A DNA stretch of 64,000 bases, from positions 10,453-74,452 of IMG/VR virus record IMGVR_UViG_3300033067_001119; one strand, written 5' to 3'. A model generated the notes under the pieces. It ran no database searches and had not been told where the DNA came from. It worked only from the letters and a program-made list of their open reading frames with translations. The DNA comes from a virus (lineage: Duplodnaviria > Caudoviricetes). The position numbers and the translations under genes are program-made. Of this stretch, positions 8,801-17,473 are shown in pieces; position 1 is the first letter of the stretch; every line of letters begins with the position of its first letter.

Positions 8801-9315
8801 GCGCCGCCAGCAACTCCGCCTACGCTGTTGCCACCTGTGCCACCCGTATCCGTGACTGCGTTGCTGCCCACGGTGCCGCCGCCGTTTCCGCCGCCACCAC
8901 CACCGCCCTTGTTGAAAACACCATTGCCGCCCTTCTTGCCAGCACCGGCCGGACCAGCGCAACCGCCGCCGCCGCCATTGCCGCCACCGGAAAAGGAACC
9001 TGCGCCACCGGCAAACGTAGTGTCGCCGACTTGGGTCGTGCCGCTGCTTCCGCCAGCCGCAAGCACGGTCGCGGTCGACGAGAACCACGTATCACCACCA
9101 CTGGAGCTTCCACTGATGCCTGCCTTGCCGATATTGAATGCAACCGGCGTGCCCGACGTCAGAGATTGGGAATTTTTTACTGCATAGCCACCGCCGTTAC
9201 CGCCGGACCCGGACCCACCATAAGCACCGCCGCCGAAGCATTCGACCTTGGCATTAACAGTGCTCGCCGGGTTGAAAGCCCCTGCGCCCTGACCGATGAT
9301 ATAGATCGTCGTCAT
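5878..9315 (-). CDS. large fibre-like virion protein: two Gly-rich domains plus ~14 copies of a ~38-aa Pro-rich repeat
   Basis: 1145-aa ORF; poly-Gly N-terminal half; repeat consensus (F/W)xVQPPQPPHPRPERAGAIMRGDDG in the C-terminal half. Confidence 0.75.
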   Translation of the reverse strand: MTTIYIIGQGAGAFNPASTVNAKVECFGGGAYGGSGSGGNGGGYAVKNSQSLTSGTPVAFNIGKAGISGSSSGGDTWFSSTATVLAAGGSSGTTQVGDTTFAGGAGSFSGGGNGGGGGCAGPAGAGKKGGNGVFNKGGGGGGGNGGGTVGSNAVTDTGGTGGNSVGGVAGGAGGTSGNNGTAGGVGSGGGGAGTGTTTNGGAGGDDWDNGGAGGGAFSNTSGVGGNGGNPGGGSGASAAGSAARGGYGLIKITYTGSDPDQIIIVGDSANTGTITLNANIPSNWSSSGAFGEAWGGGSSGGNGATNGSGGSGGSGGYSKVNALTITPGGALSVTVGNRKGNSTIGAQLRANGASADGGNGPSGTAGTGATTTSAIGDTKRAGADGRAGGGSTNNGGGGAAAATNAAAGVQGTASSVSTTGAAGGSASSGGAGGSGTNGGAGGAGTSDMRGGGGGAGGGTNSSSTSVAGGAGGWPGGGGGAGGKSTSGTLTGGVGAGGAIIITGTLAVSAYFQTEISVYASPARRKGGILAGGSDGVDTLRQFSPLGFPIQPTQPPHPRPERSAGIMLGDDGILDIYTPPLQYPQGWQNQDWQPPHPRPERAGSIMRGDDGTQSTFAAFYDFGFEVQPPPPPHPRPEKVGAIMLGDAGITGTFSYWIGVGGEVQSPQPPHPKPERAAAILRGDDGNQDKFNAWRNFGWEVQPPPPPHFKPEKFGALAPFLSLVEPTFKNFFDFGFEVQPTQPPHPRPEKSGAIAPKDDGIYAEFSVHVGVAWHVQPWQPPFFPKVRQRFAAIAPKDDGTQFRFMNYFPMGWEVQPPMIRHSFTGQRYSAIRSKSLFAVYSQFRDFGFYVQPPQPPHPRREKAGAILIGDDGNQAPQPIPPFIEGWPVQPWQPPHRSFRNPEAAFNIEALYQNFFDFGFENQSWQPPHPRPERAGAIMRGEDGIEDIFTFVAQVINWYQTPDVFPRMRFAKAGAIMPQVNIAEVYRRFAETGFLVQPPQPPHPRRERAGAVMRGDDGIYRPYIFVVSGNLWVPPQAWQPPHPLFSRGGGLLPWDTLIPPFIPFIPPDEDVGPAWRRLWNQYRLAQGHPQIDIDEARDKERILRVLEDIFGKDFLRDPPQPERIDATVMRMREIERDDEEVIALWLNL
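6130..7715 (-). repeat. ~14 degenerate protein-level tandem repeats of ~38 aa
   Basis: A QPxQPPHPxPE[RK]xG[AS]IxxGDDG-type core counted about 14 times in the translation, several copies degenerate. Confidence 0.85.
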
Positions 9316-9318
9316 CGC

Positions 9319-10029
9319 TCAATACTCGCAGGTCGCGGCGCCGATCACGCCGAACAGGGACACGTCGATGGAGCGCAGCGACATCACCGCGACCTCGGCA
9401 AAGCCGATGCCATCGACATCGTTGGCGGTGATCGTGCTGGAGCCAGCAGTAATTCGGGAGGCTGAAGTCGCGATGCTGTTGGCCTCGAACGCGCCCGCGC
9501 TGAAGGCGTTGTTCTTGGTCGCGTTCACCCACGTTATGTTGGTGCCGACGCCGCTAGTCTCGGTAAATCCAGAGCACGCAATCAGGCCACCGTTCTGCTC
9601 CACCCGGATCGAGCTGCTCACCGCCTGCGTGGCTGACTGCGTCGCCGTCGTGGCGGTCGCCAGAACAGGATCGCCAGCATCCGCGCCGATCACCCGGTAG
9701 ACGGAGACGCCGACGATGTTGATGAAGGGATTGGACGCGAAGGTCACGACCAGATCGGCGGTCGTCCCCGTCGGCAGCCGGGCGTAATAGATGCTGCACA
9801 GCGGATTGAAGGCCCCGGACAGGTTCGCAGCACAGGCCTTTGTTGCCGTCACACCGCCAATCGTCACCGACGTCGGCTCAGGCCCGGAGGCCATGAACAG
9901 CGACAGCGCAAGAACGACAAGCCGATCATCCTGCGGCGCGCCGATCACGAGCCCCGGGATCGTCGAGACGACGGTCGGGCTCGTGATCAGGTCGGAGGCG
10001 TCGTCCGTGAGTGTGATGCTGGCAGGCAG
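9319..10029 (-). CDS. putative virion/fibre-associated beta-rich protein
   Basis: Frame stays open upstream of GTG 9948 to CTG 10029, which follows GGAGG by 5 nt; T/A/S/V-rich. Confidence 0.6.
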   Translation of the reverse strand: MPASITLTDDASDLITSPTVVSTIPGLVIGAPQDDRLVVLALSLFMASGPEPTSVTIGGVTATKACAANLSGAFNPLCSIYYARLPTGTTADLVVTFASNPFINIVGVSVYRVIGADAGDPVLATATTATQSATQAVSSSIRVEQNGGLIACSGFTETSGVGTNITWVNATKNNAFSAGAFEANSIATSASRITAGSSTITANDVDGIGFAEVAVMSLRSIDVSLFGVIGAATCEY

Positions 10030-10051
10030 CTCTGCCTCCTGAGGGGCTCGG

Positions 10052-11707
10052 TTACTCCTTCAGGGCTTGTATCACGGCTTCGACCGGATCGCACCACACC
10101 CCCTGCTGCTTCTGGCGGAAGATGCGGATGGAGGGGTACCACGGCGATTTCTCGTTCCAGATCGCTCCCGGCCGCTCGCACATGAAGTGCCATGTGCCGC
10201 CGTCACGCTGCATGATCAAATAGGTCGGCTTGCCCATGGCTCCGGCGAGATGAGCGATGGCGGTGTCGACCGTTACCACGACATCGAGGTTGGCCAGCAG
10301 CGCCGCCGTTTCATCCCATGTCGGCTTCTTGGGGAGGATGTCTGTGACCCACTTGATGGTGTAGTGGCCGTCAATCTGCTCGCGCTCTGGCCCGATCTGC
10401 AGATTGACGAACGTAGGATTGTCCGGCAGCGTGAGCAGCGGGGCCAAATCCTTAAGGTGCATCGACTTGGCCCTGCCGTAGCGGCCGATCCACGACCCCT
10501 CGCGGATGCCGCTCGACCAGCACAGCCCGATCTTGCGCGCCCCGTAGGGCAGCTTGGAGCCGTATAGAGCCACGCCATAAGGGTCTGGCTTGATGTAGGC
10601 CCCACGCCACGGCACGCTCTCAATCGTCGTCCCGAACAGGTCTGGGAGGCTCAGCGTGGGAATGTGGACATCGAAGGGCTTCAGGCCTGTAGCGGCGGGA
10701 TAGTCCATCGCCCTCGGGCCCACCTCGACGCCCGGGAAGCTGCGCGCGAACAGGCTCACCAGCGAGTCCAAGGTCTCCAGCCGGATGGTGTGGCCGCAGG
10801 CCTGCAGCTCCGTCAGGTAGCGCACCGTCGCCAGCGCGTCACCATGGCCCATTTCCTGATGGACGTGCACCACCAGCGGCGGGCCGTTGAGGTGCTCCCG
10901 GGTCATCTTCGGCCGCTGGAAGCGGTTCATGATCAGCCGCATCGATTCGTCGGCCTCGTGATCGCCGCGCGCCTCGCTCATCGGCCAGCCCTCGGCATAG
11001 CGTCCGATGGCGTGCAGGGCGAGCGACATATTCCACCTGATCTGGGCCGCGGCGTGGTTGCCGGGAGATGCCAGCGCCTTCTCATAGAGCGCAATCGCCT
11101 CCTCGTGCCGCGATTCCCGGTAGGCGATCATGCCCATCACATGGAGGGCTTCACCGGCCAGATCGCCATCCACCAGCGGGGCTGCCATGTCGGCCGCAGT
11201 CACGTAGTCGCCCACGTTGATGGCGAGCGCAGCACGGTCGATGCGGGCACGCGGATTGTCCGGGTCGACGGACACCTGCATGTCGTACGCCTCAGCCGCC
11301 GCCTCCTCCTCGCCCAGAGCCGCGCAGGACAGTCCCAGAGCGCGCCACGCATCCGGGCACTGCGGGTCCATCCGCGTTGCGATCTCCGCTTCAATCTTGG
11401 CGTTCTTCAGCATGTTCATCGGCAGCAGCGCGTGAACGATGAAGCGCAGGCGATAGTCGACGCAGAGCGGGTCCGCATGGACAGCGCGCTGCCACCAGTC
11501 ACAGGCTTCGCCATGGCGCTGGTTCTTCACCGAGCGTTGCGCCATGAAATCGCAGGCCTCGCCCAGCGCCACCCGGTCAATCGCCGTCGTCGGCGGGTCG
11601 CTGGCCTTCATGATCATCCGGTAGAGGGTTTCAGCGGTGCTGAACTCGCCGCCCTCTACATGGAGGCGGGCATGCTCCACCATCTTCTGGACGTTCTGCT
11701 TGCTCAC
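10052..11707 (-). CDS. TPR-repeat protein fused to a GT-B (family 9-like) glycosyltransferase
   Basis: N-terminal TPR helices; EMGHGDALATVRY, IPTLSLPDLF, IGLCWSSG, LDVVVTVDTAIAHLAGAMGKP motifs. Confidence 0.8.
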   Translation of the reverse strand: MSKQNVQKMVEHARLHVEGGEFSTAETLYRMIMKASDPPTTAIDRVALGEACDFMAQRSVKNQRHGEACDWWQRAVHADPLCVDYRLRFIVHALLPMNMLKNAKIEAEIATRMDPQCPDAWRALGLSCAALGEEEAAAEAYDMQVSVDPDNPRARIDRAALAINVGDYVTAADMAAPLVDGDLAGEALHVMGMIAYRESRHEEAIALYEKALASPGNHAAAQIRWNMSLALHAIGRYAEGWPMSEARGDHEADESMRLIMNRFQRPKMTREHLNGPPLVVHVHQEMGHGDALATVRYLTELQACGHTIRLETLDSLVSLFARSFPGVEVGPRAMDYPAATGLKPFDVHIPTLSLPDLFGTTIESVPWRGAYIKPDPYGVALYGSKLPYGARKIGLCWSSGIREGSWIGRYGRAKSMHLKDLAPLLTLPDNPTFVNLQIGPEREQIDGHYTIKWVTDILPKKPTWDETAALLANLDVVVTVDTAIAHLAGAMGKPTYLIMQRDGGTWHFMCERPGAIWNEKSPWYPSIRIFRQKQQGVWCDPVEAVIQALKE

Positions 11708-12414
11708 ACCGGCATCCCCAAGAAGTTGTTTCCGCGGATCACCTCGACGTTGTAGCCGAGGCTCTCGATGAAGTTGCCGAGCACAAAGCGGTTGGTGCGC
11801 GGGTGGTCGGCCTCCACCAGCAGGATCGGCTTGCAGCGCTCGATGGTGCGCCGTGCGCCGCGGATGACAGACAATTCCGCCCCCTCGACGTCGACCTTGA
11901 TGAAGCTGATGTTGCCGGGCCGAAACATGAAGAACGCAGGCATCCGGTCGTCCAGCGGGCTGATCGGCACCTTCGTGACCATCGCCTTGGGCTGCTCGCT
12001 GTGGGCAATGCCGAGCGACACGCCGCCGAAATTGGCTGGCTGCTCCAGATCAAGCACCGGGACATCGATTTCGCCGGTGTATTCGCCAAGCGCGCTCGTC
12101 GACAGGACGATCTTCCGGGCGGTCTCCACCTCCGCAGCTGAAACGGTCCTGTACAGGCAGGAGAAGACCGGTGGCTGCGGTTCGAAGGCGAAGACGCCCT
12201 TGCTGTGCCTCGCCAGCGGGAGCGTCCAGCAGCCGAAATTAGCGCCCACGTCGACCGCGTAGCCGGGCTCGCGCTCATCCAGCATCTTGCAGATCAGTTC
12301 GATCTGATCATGCTCCGGAGACGTGGCCGTGAGCTTGAGCCAGCCATACTGGCCCGTGTCGGTGTCGGGCACAAACATCGGCCCATACACCGTCTCCAGC
12401 CTCTGGATGGTCAT
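11704..12414 (-). CDS. FkbM-family SAM-dependent methyltransferase
   Basis: VDVGANFG, FAFEP, FIKVDVEGAE motifs. Confidence 0.85.
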   Translation of the reverse strand: MTIQRLETVYGPMFVPDTDTGQYGWLKLTATSPEHDQIELICKMLDEREPGYAVDVGANFGCWTLPLARHSKGVFAFEPQPPVFSCLYRTVSAAEVETARKIVLSTSALGEYTGEIDVPVLDLEQPANFGGVSLGIAHSEQPKAMVTKVPISPLDDRMPAFFMFRPGNISFIKVDVEGAELSVIRGARRTIERCKPILLVEADHPRTNRFVLGNFIESLGYNVEVIRGNNFLGMPV

Positions 12415-12926
12415 GCAGGCTCCGCAGGCGGCAGCCCGGCCATCTCATTGGAAACTATCTCGGTCTTGGCGGGCTCGATCCAGAGCCTGCCGCCGCAGGA
12501 CGGGCAGTGCGCCCACTCCCTGTTGACGGAGGCGGAGCAGTGCATGCAGTTCGAGGGGGCTGGTTTCTCTTTCGGGTGCGTGCGGCTCACCTCGTCACCG
12601 ACGAAGCCGTCGTCATACAGGCGCACCTTGCCGGTGCCGCCACAGCGATGGCCCCGGGAGCCATCGCCAGCACCCCCGCAATCCGGACAATCGATCATTA
12701 TCCAGTGCTGGTGAGGTTCGCCCTCCTTGACCGTGTGCTCTACATGCTCGCCGAAGTCCTCGACGTGGCGATTGCACCCGAAGGCCCTGTCGGTCTCAAT
12801 CCCCAGCAGGGCACACGCCCCCTTATTCTTTGGGGCGGTCCAGTTGACGATGACTTCGTTGGTGCCTCTGTAAGCCGTCTCTCTGCGGACGGTCCAGTGC
12901 TGGCATTGATAGCAGTTTCCACTCAT
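12411..12926 (-). CDS. Zn-finger protein
   Basis: Multiple CxxC motifs including CPDCGGAG...CGGTG and a C-terminal double zinc ribbon. Confidence 0.6.
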   Translation of the reverse strand: MSGNCYQCQHWTVRRETAYRGTNEVIVNWTAPKNKGACALLGIETDRAFGCNRHVEDFGEHVEHTVKEGEPHQHWIMIDCPDCGGAGDGSRGHRCGGTGKVRLYDDGFVGDEVSRTHPKEKPAPSNCMHCSASVNREWAHCPSCGGRLWIEPAKTEIVSNEMAGLPPAEPA

Positions 12927-12959
12927 GAGCGGCGCGCCTGTTCTGAGTTAGCCGGGCCC

Positions 12960-13244
12960 TTAATAGCAGCGCCAAGCGCCGATGTTAATCCTTTGTTGCA
13001 GCCGGTACGCATGTTCTTTCATCTCTGCCCGCTTCTCCGCTGGCACGCAGGGCTGACCGTAGCACTTCAGGCAGATCAACTTCATGCAGCCACGGCACAG
13101 CTCGACGTGGTTCATCATTTCCTTCATCGAGGGGAAGTCAGTGATGGTCTGGCAGTGGAAACATTTCGACGAATGCTCCTCCCGGACCAGCTTGCCGTCC
13201 TCGGTATAGAAGCCGACCGCGCCGGGCTTGACGATTGCGGGCAT
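12960..13244 (-). CDS. small Zn-binding protein
   Basis: ATG 13244; CFHC...CRGC...CLKC...C. Confidence 0.55.
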   Translation of the reverse strand: MPAIVKPGAVGFYTEDGKLVREEHSSKCFHCQTITDFPSMKEMMNHVELCRGCMKLICLKCYGQPCVPAEKRAEMKEHAYRLQQRINIGAWRCY

Positions 13245-13317
13245 CTCGCTCTCACAAAAAAGACCGGACGCCTTGATAGCGCCCGGTCCAGCGGTTCGCA
13301 AGGCTCTCGGGTAGAGA

Positions 13318-13794
13318 TCAGCGTTCGATGAGGTTGATGTTGCCGACTGCCGACGAGGTGAAGTTCGACGACAGGGTACGCAGGCCGACACCGACGAGGT
13401 TGGTCGCCGGGATGATGATGTTGTCGCCGTCGTCGAGGGCGCGCCAGCGGTACGAACCGCGCTGGTTGATCGCCCAGTTCTTGAGGTTCAGACCGGCACC
13501 GGCCGTGGTGTAGGTCAGCTCGGTGGTGGCGGTGTTGGCGAAGATGGTGACCGCGGTACCGTCAGCTGGATCGAGTTTGTTGAGGACGACGGTGGTGGCG
13601 GTGAGGATGGCGGTCGAGGAGAATACGCTGAGGTCCCACTGGCACTGGCAGTCGGTCGACGCGAGCGCACCCGTCTGCCCCATTTCGATTTCGTAGACCT
13701 GAACTCGGCGGGAGCCCACCGACCAAAGTGCACCGGCAGTCTTGTACGTTCCGGCGACGGTGCCCTGAAGAACTGGGGCGGAATAGTTAGCCAT
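13318..13794 (-). CDS. putative virion structural protein
   Basis: 158 aa, T/A/G-rich, first gene after a promoter. Confidence 0.6.
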   Translation of the reverse strand: MANYSAPVLQGTVAGTYKTAGALWSVGSRRVQVYEIEMGQTGALASTDCQCQWDLSVFSSTAILTATTVVLNKLDPADGTAVTIFANTATTELTYTTAGAGLNLKNWAINQRGSYRWRALDDGDNIIIPATNLVGVGLRTLSSNFTSSAVGNINLIER

Positions 13795-13850
13795 GGACGC
13801 ATGTCCCCCGGTTGATAAAACACTCTTCCAACCGGCGCGGTCCGGAAACT

Positions 13851-13879
13851 GCTATACGACGACTTTAGCGAAATGGCAA
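13851..13879 (-). promoter_or_regulatory. sigma70-like promoter
   Basis: TTGCCA-N17-TATAGC in the gap downstream of the portal gene. Confidence 0.5.
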
Positions 13880-13883
13880 GACA

Positions 13884-16550
13884 TCACCCCACCCATGGTA
13901 GGGCTGCCGCCACTCCGCTCCTATTAGCAGGTTCGATCTCGATGATCTTGCCGTCCGGGCCGCGCCTGAACTCGACCGGAGCCGCGGCAAGACGCGCCAG
14001 CTCCGCCATGTCTTCAGGCGGCTTGTAGCCCGGGACGATCTCCAGCGAGACCGAGTTGTCCTTCGAATCGCGGATGACACGGCGCGGCGCAACACGCTGC
14101 TGGAGCAGCGCCTTCATGCCAGCCAGCATCTGCTCCATCATGTCGCTGCCGCCGCCCTCGTCGGCCTCCTCCTCGTAGACGCGACCGCCCGAGGCTCGCT
14201 TCTTCTTCGCGGCCTTTGGCTTCGGCGGGTGCTTGGCAACGTGGTCCTTGGTGTCAGCCTGCTGCTTGGCAACGCCAACTTTCGCACCCTCCAGCTCGGT
14301 GTTGGCGTGATCGACGCCGACCTGATGCTGGTGCTGCTGCTCGGCAAGGCTCGCCTCGCGGTGACCGAGCCCGACCTTCTCGTGCTCCAGCTGCAGATGG
14401 CCTCGGTCGATGAAGGCGTCGTGGACGCGCTTCTCGTGCTCGCTGGCCTTCTCGCGGGCATCCAGAGCATGCTCGCCGGTGGCGATCTGGAGTTCGGCCT
14501 CCGCCTTCATGCGCTCGTCCTCGTTGGCAGCGAGCGTGCGCGCCAGATCGATCTCCTTGCCCTTGATGGTGGCCTCGGCCTTGGCCTGCTCGGCCGGTAT
14601 CTTGAGCTTGGCCATCTCCATGTCGGCGTCGACCTTCTTGGCCTTGACGTCGGCCTCTTTGGCCTTCGCCATCGCCTCGACCGTCTTCGGGTCCGGCGGC
14701 GCATTCGGGTCCGGCGGCTTGATCAGGCCCTCCGGGTCCTCGCGCATTGCCTGCAGGACGCGGCGCAGCGTCTCGTCCGGGTCCATCTTCGCGCCCAGAG
14801 GCGTCGAGATCAGCTCCGCCAGCGCCGTGGCGCGCATGATGCGGTGGATGTGGCTCGGGACGTTGGGGTCGGATTTCGGCACCAGCGAGTATTTGTCGAC
14901 CGCCTGCAGCAGCTTCTGCACGTTCCAGAAGCTCTTGGCGTCCTTGTTGCCGCGCCAGAACGCCTCCGGGGTCTCCTTGAACAGGTCGACCAGCATGGAC
15001 AGCTCTTCGTCCATGGCGCGATGCTGGCCCTTGTGGGCCGCCGCCATGACCTGCGTAGCCTGCTCGATGTGGGCGAGCATGGTGCCGACAGGCACGTTGC
15101 TCATGCCCTCGCCGACCGGGATGTCGGGCGCTCCGCCGACCGCCTTGGACTGCTGAGTGATGCTTTCGACCAGCTTCATCAGGCCCGGCGTGACGTCCTT
15201 GCAGGGCAGCTCCTTGACCACGCTGGCGATGTCGCGACCGGCGGTCTCGATCTCGATGGCTGTACCCGGGGACAGACGGAAGTCGCTTGTCAGCTGGCGT
15301 CCTGCCAGCTTGTCGACGATGAAGGCCGGGAAGTTGGCGTACATGCCAGCATCGAGCATCAGCCGCCATGCCGCCGTCATCGCATCGGTGGAGTTGCCGA
15401 GGATCGAGGCGAGGCCGGTGCCGTAGAAGCCGGGGCCGGGGACGTACGGGTATTTCACGTACATCTTCTTGCGGTTGCAGTCCTCGTCTTCCGGCTTCCA
15501 GTCGCGGCGGATGGCGAGGATTTCGCGGCTGTCCTTGTCCATCGTCACGAGATACGGCAGCGCGATGCCCTCGTTGCGGTAGGCGGTCGGCGCGAACTCC
15601 GGCAGGTCCAGCTCGCACTGGATTTCCCAGACCGTGTAGGGCTGGTCCTCGGGGCGATCCTTGCGCAGCGCCACGCCCTGCGTTGCCGCGATCTCCTCAT
15701 CGACCTGCGTCGGTTCAGGTGTCGGCGGCGTCAGGGCAACCTTCCGGTAGATGCCCTTCATCTGGTACTTCTTCATCACCGACTGGCGCATCGAGATGAC
15801 GTGCGTGATGCGCTCGCAGGAGGCGAGGTCCTTGGTCGCATCCGAGACGATCAGGTGCTCTGGCGATACCGCCTCCGAGCACGGCCGCTTCTTGATCGGG
15901 TGGTTGTAGATTTTCTTGAAGCCGGAGCCGCCGAAGTAGCAGCCCCACAGCAGCATGTGCGACGTCTCCGGCGCAAACTCGGTCGCCGTCGTCGTCAGGA
16001 AGTAGTTCATGTCCCGCTGGAAGGCTTCCGCCAGCTGGTCGTCATTGCGACCGGGGATCGGCTTGTAGTTGGCGATCTTGCAGGGGCCCTCGGCAGGCAG
16101 CAACTCAGCCTGCGCGTTCGCCCAGCCCTTCAGCAGGGCCTCCAGCATCAGCGGGTTGGTGACGACCGACTGGCCATCCACGGCCGAGGAGCCATCGCCT
16201 ACGTCCGGCTGCTGCGACTTGAGGCCCAAGAGCGACAGACGGTCGGCGCGGTCGGCAAGCCACTCGGAGCGGGACTGGTCGTCGGCCTGCACGGCCTCCA
16301 TCAGGTCGTTGGCGATGACCAGCAGCTTCCCCTCGTCGATCTTGTCAGCGAGGTTGGCGTAGAATTTGGTCGGATCGTCGGCATCCTTGTCGGTGCCGGA
16401 TCGCGGCGGGTTGAGCCGGACGACTACGCCACCGTCGTCTTGGTCGATGGCGAGATGCCCGCCGGGAAGCTCCCTGACCGCATCATCCTCGTCATCGATG
16501 ATGATGCGGATGCCGTCCTGCTCGAACACCTGCGGTGCAGAAATGGCCAT
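13884..16550 (-). CDS. portal protein (P22-like) with long C-terminal coiled coil
   Basis: 888 aa; GSGFKKIY...PEHLIV, YPYVPGPGFYGTGL motifs; downstream of terminase; C-terminal barrel-like coil. Confidence 0.85.
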   Translation of the reverse strand: MAISAPQVFEQDGIRIIIDDEDDAVRELPGGHLAIDQDDGGVVVRLNPPRSGTDKDADDPTKFYANLADKIDEGKLLVIANDLMEAVQADDQSRSEWLADRADRLSLLGLKSQQPDVGDGSSAVDGQSVVTNPLMLEALLKGWANAQAELLPAEGPCKIANYKPIPGRNDDQLAEAFQRDMNYFLTTTATEFAPETSHMLLWGCYFGGSGFKKIYNHPIKKRPCSEAVSPEHLIVSDATKDLASCERITHVISMRQSVMKKYQMKGIYRKVALTPPTPEPTQVDEEIAATQGVALRKDRPEDQPYTVWEIQCELDLPEFAPTAYRNEGIALPYLVTMDKDSREILAIRRDWKPEDEDCNRKKMYVKYPYVPGPGFYGTGLASILGNSTDAMTAAWRLMLDAGMYANFPAFIVDKLAGRQLTSDFRLSPGTAIEIETAGRDIASVVKELPCKDVTPGLMKLVESITQQSKAVGGAPDIPVGEGMSNVPVGTMLAHIEQATQVMAAAHKGQHRAMDEELSMLVDLFKETPEAFWRGNKDAKSFWNVQKLLQAVDKYSLVPKSDPNVPSHIHRIMRATALAELISTPLGAKMDPDETLRRVLQAMREDPEGLIKPPDPNAPPDPKTVEAMAKAKEADVKAKKVDADMEMAKLKIPAEQAKAEATIKGKEIDLARTLAANEDERMKAEAELQIATGEHALDAREKASEHEKRVHDAFIDRGHLQLEHEKVGLGHREASLAEQQHQHQVGVDHANTELEGAKVGVAKQQADTKDHVAKHPPKPKAAKKKRASGGRVYEEEADEGGGSDMMEQMLAGMKALLQQRVAPRRVIRDSKDNSVSLEIVPGYKPPEDMAELARLAAAPVEFRRGPDGKIIEIEPANRSGVAAALPWVG

Positions 16551-16597
16551 GATGCCCTCGGGTTTGCCCGAGAAGTCATACCACAGTCAGCAAAAAG

Positions 16598-16828
16598 TCA
16601 AAACGGGCGTCGTTTCTTGGCGATCTCGCGCGGCTTTCCCGTATCCATCGCATACAGGCCCAGCTCCCGCAGGATTTGCCGCAGGATGTCGATCACCATC
16701 GAGGCGACAACGCCCCAACACACCGCGGTGGGGATATTCACCTCGCCCCACTCGCACAGCTTGATCGCAATGACGATGGGACCAATCATAGCCAGAAAAG
16801 TGAGGACGAAGGCGAGGAGGGATTTCAT
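16598..16828 (-). CDS. small membrane protein
   Basis: ATG 16828; two hydrophobic segments. Confidence 0.5.
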   Translation of the reverse strand: MKSLLAFVLTFLAMIGPIVIAIKLCEWGEVNIPTAVCWGVVASMVIDILRQILRELGLYAMDTGKPREIAKKRRPF

Positions 16829-17094
16829 CGATGGATCACCGACCTGCCGCCTCCGGGCGAGGTGCGCTCCAGCAGCGTCCGCTGGGCCACGCCGCAGCCG
16901 AGGTACATGCGGGAGGCGTCGGACCCGGCAAATGCCACCCCGAAGTCGACAGGGCCCACCGCAACCAGCACCAGCGCCATGACGTCGCCGTTCTTGGCGC
17001 TCTCCAGCGCCCCCTCCAGCAGCTCGATGCACTGCTTCTGAGCCGGGCTCATGACGGCCTCGCCGTTGGGCTTTAGCAGGGTCGGCTTAGCCAT
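16825..17094 (-). CDS. hypothetical protein
   Basis: 89-aa coupled ORF. Confidence 0.6.
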   Translation of the reverse strand: MAKPTLLKPNGEAVMSPAQKQCIELLEGALESAKNGDVMALVLVAVGPVDFGVAFAGSDASRMYLGCGVAQRTLLERTSPGGGRSVIHR

Positions 17095-17473
17095 TCTCTT
17101 CCTCCATCATCCGCGTCAGCTGACGCTTGGTTGCATTCGGGAGCTTGTAGCCGCGCCCCCAGAGCGTTTCAATGTCCATCCCGCGTGGCTTCAGGAGCTT
17201 GCGCAGGCGGCATACCACCACAGCGACAACCTCCGGAGCTGGCGGGTTGTTGGCGTTGTCGGAATACAGCGCCAGCATCATCGATTCCTTGGTCGCCTCC
17301 GGGACGCGAATCAGGTGCGACAGCACCTTGGCCTCCAGCGGTCGCAGCCCGAGGCTCTTCGGCACCGTCGCGGGCACGCCAATGACCCTCTCCAGCTGCC
17401 GGAGGCGCTCCCGCAGCATGTCGACCTCGTCGCGCAACTGGCGCTCTGTGGCTTCCATCATTTGCACGGCCAT
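17087..17473 (-). CDS. OmpR/CtrA-type winged-helix DNA-binding protein without receiver domain
   Basis: VAVVVCRLRKLL...IETLWGRGYKL resembles the trans_reg_C/CtrA C-terminus; N-terminal coiled coil instead of a receiver. Confidence 0.7.
   Translation of the reverse strand: MAVQMMEATERQLRDEVDMLRERLRQLERVIGVPATVPKSLGLRPLEAKVLSHLIRVPEATKESMMLALYSDNANNPPAPEVVAVVVCRLRKLLKPRGMDIETLWGRGYKLPNATKRQLTRMMEEENG

Noticed and set aside
16569-16601. Promoter for the portal gene (TTGACT...TATGAC)
   Set aside because: The spacer is only 15 nt, too weak to call.
14229-16982. 917-aa plus-strand ORF, and similar long antisense ORFs at 7170-8813, 50675-52573, 58178-59977 and 61694-63697
   Set aside because: Shadow frames of well-supported genes in a high-GC genome; low-complexity translations with no motifs or RBS.
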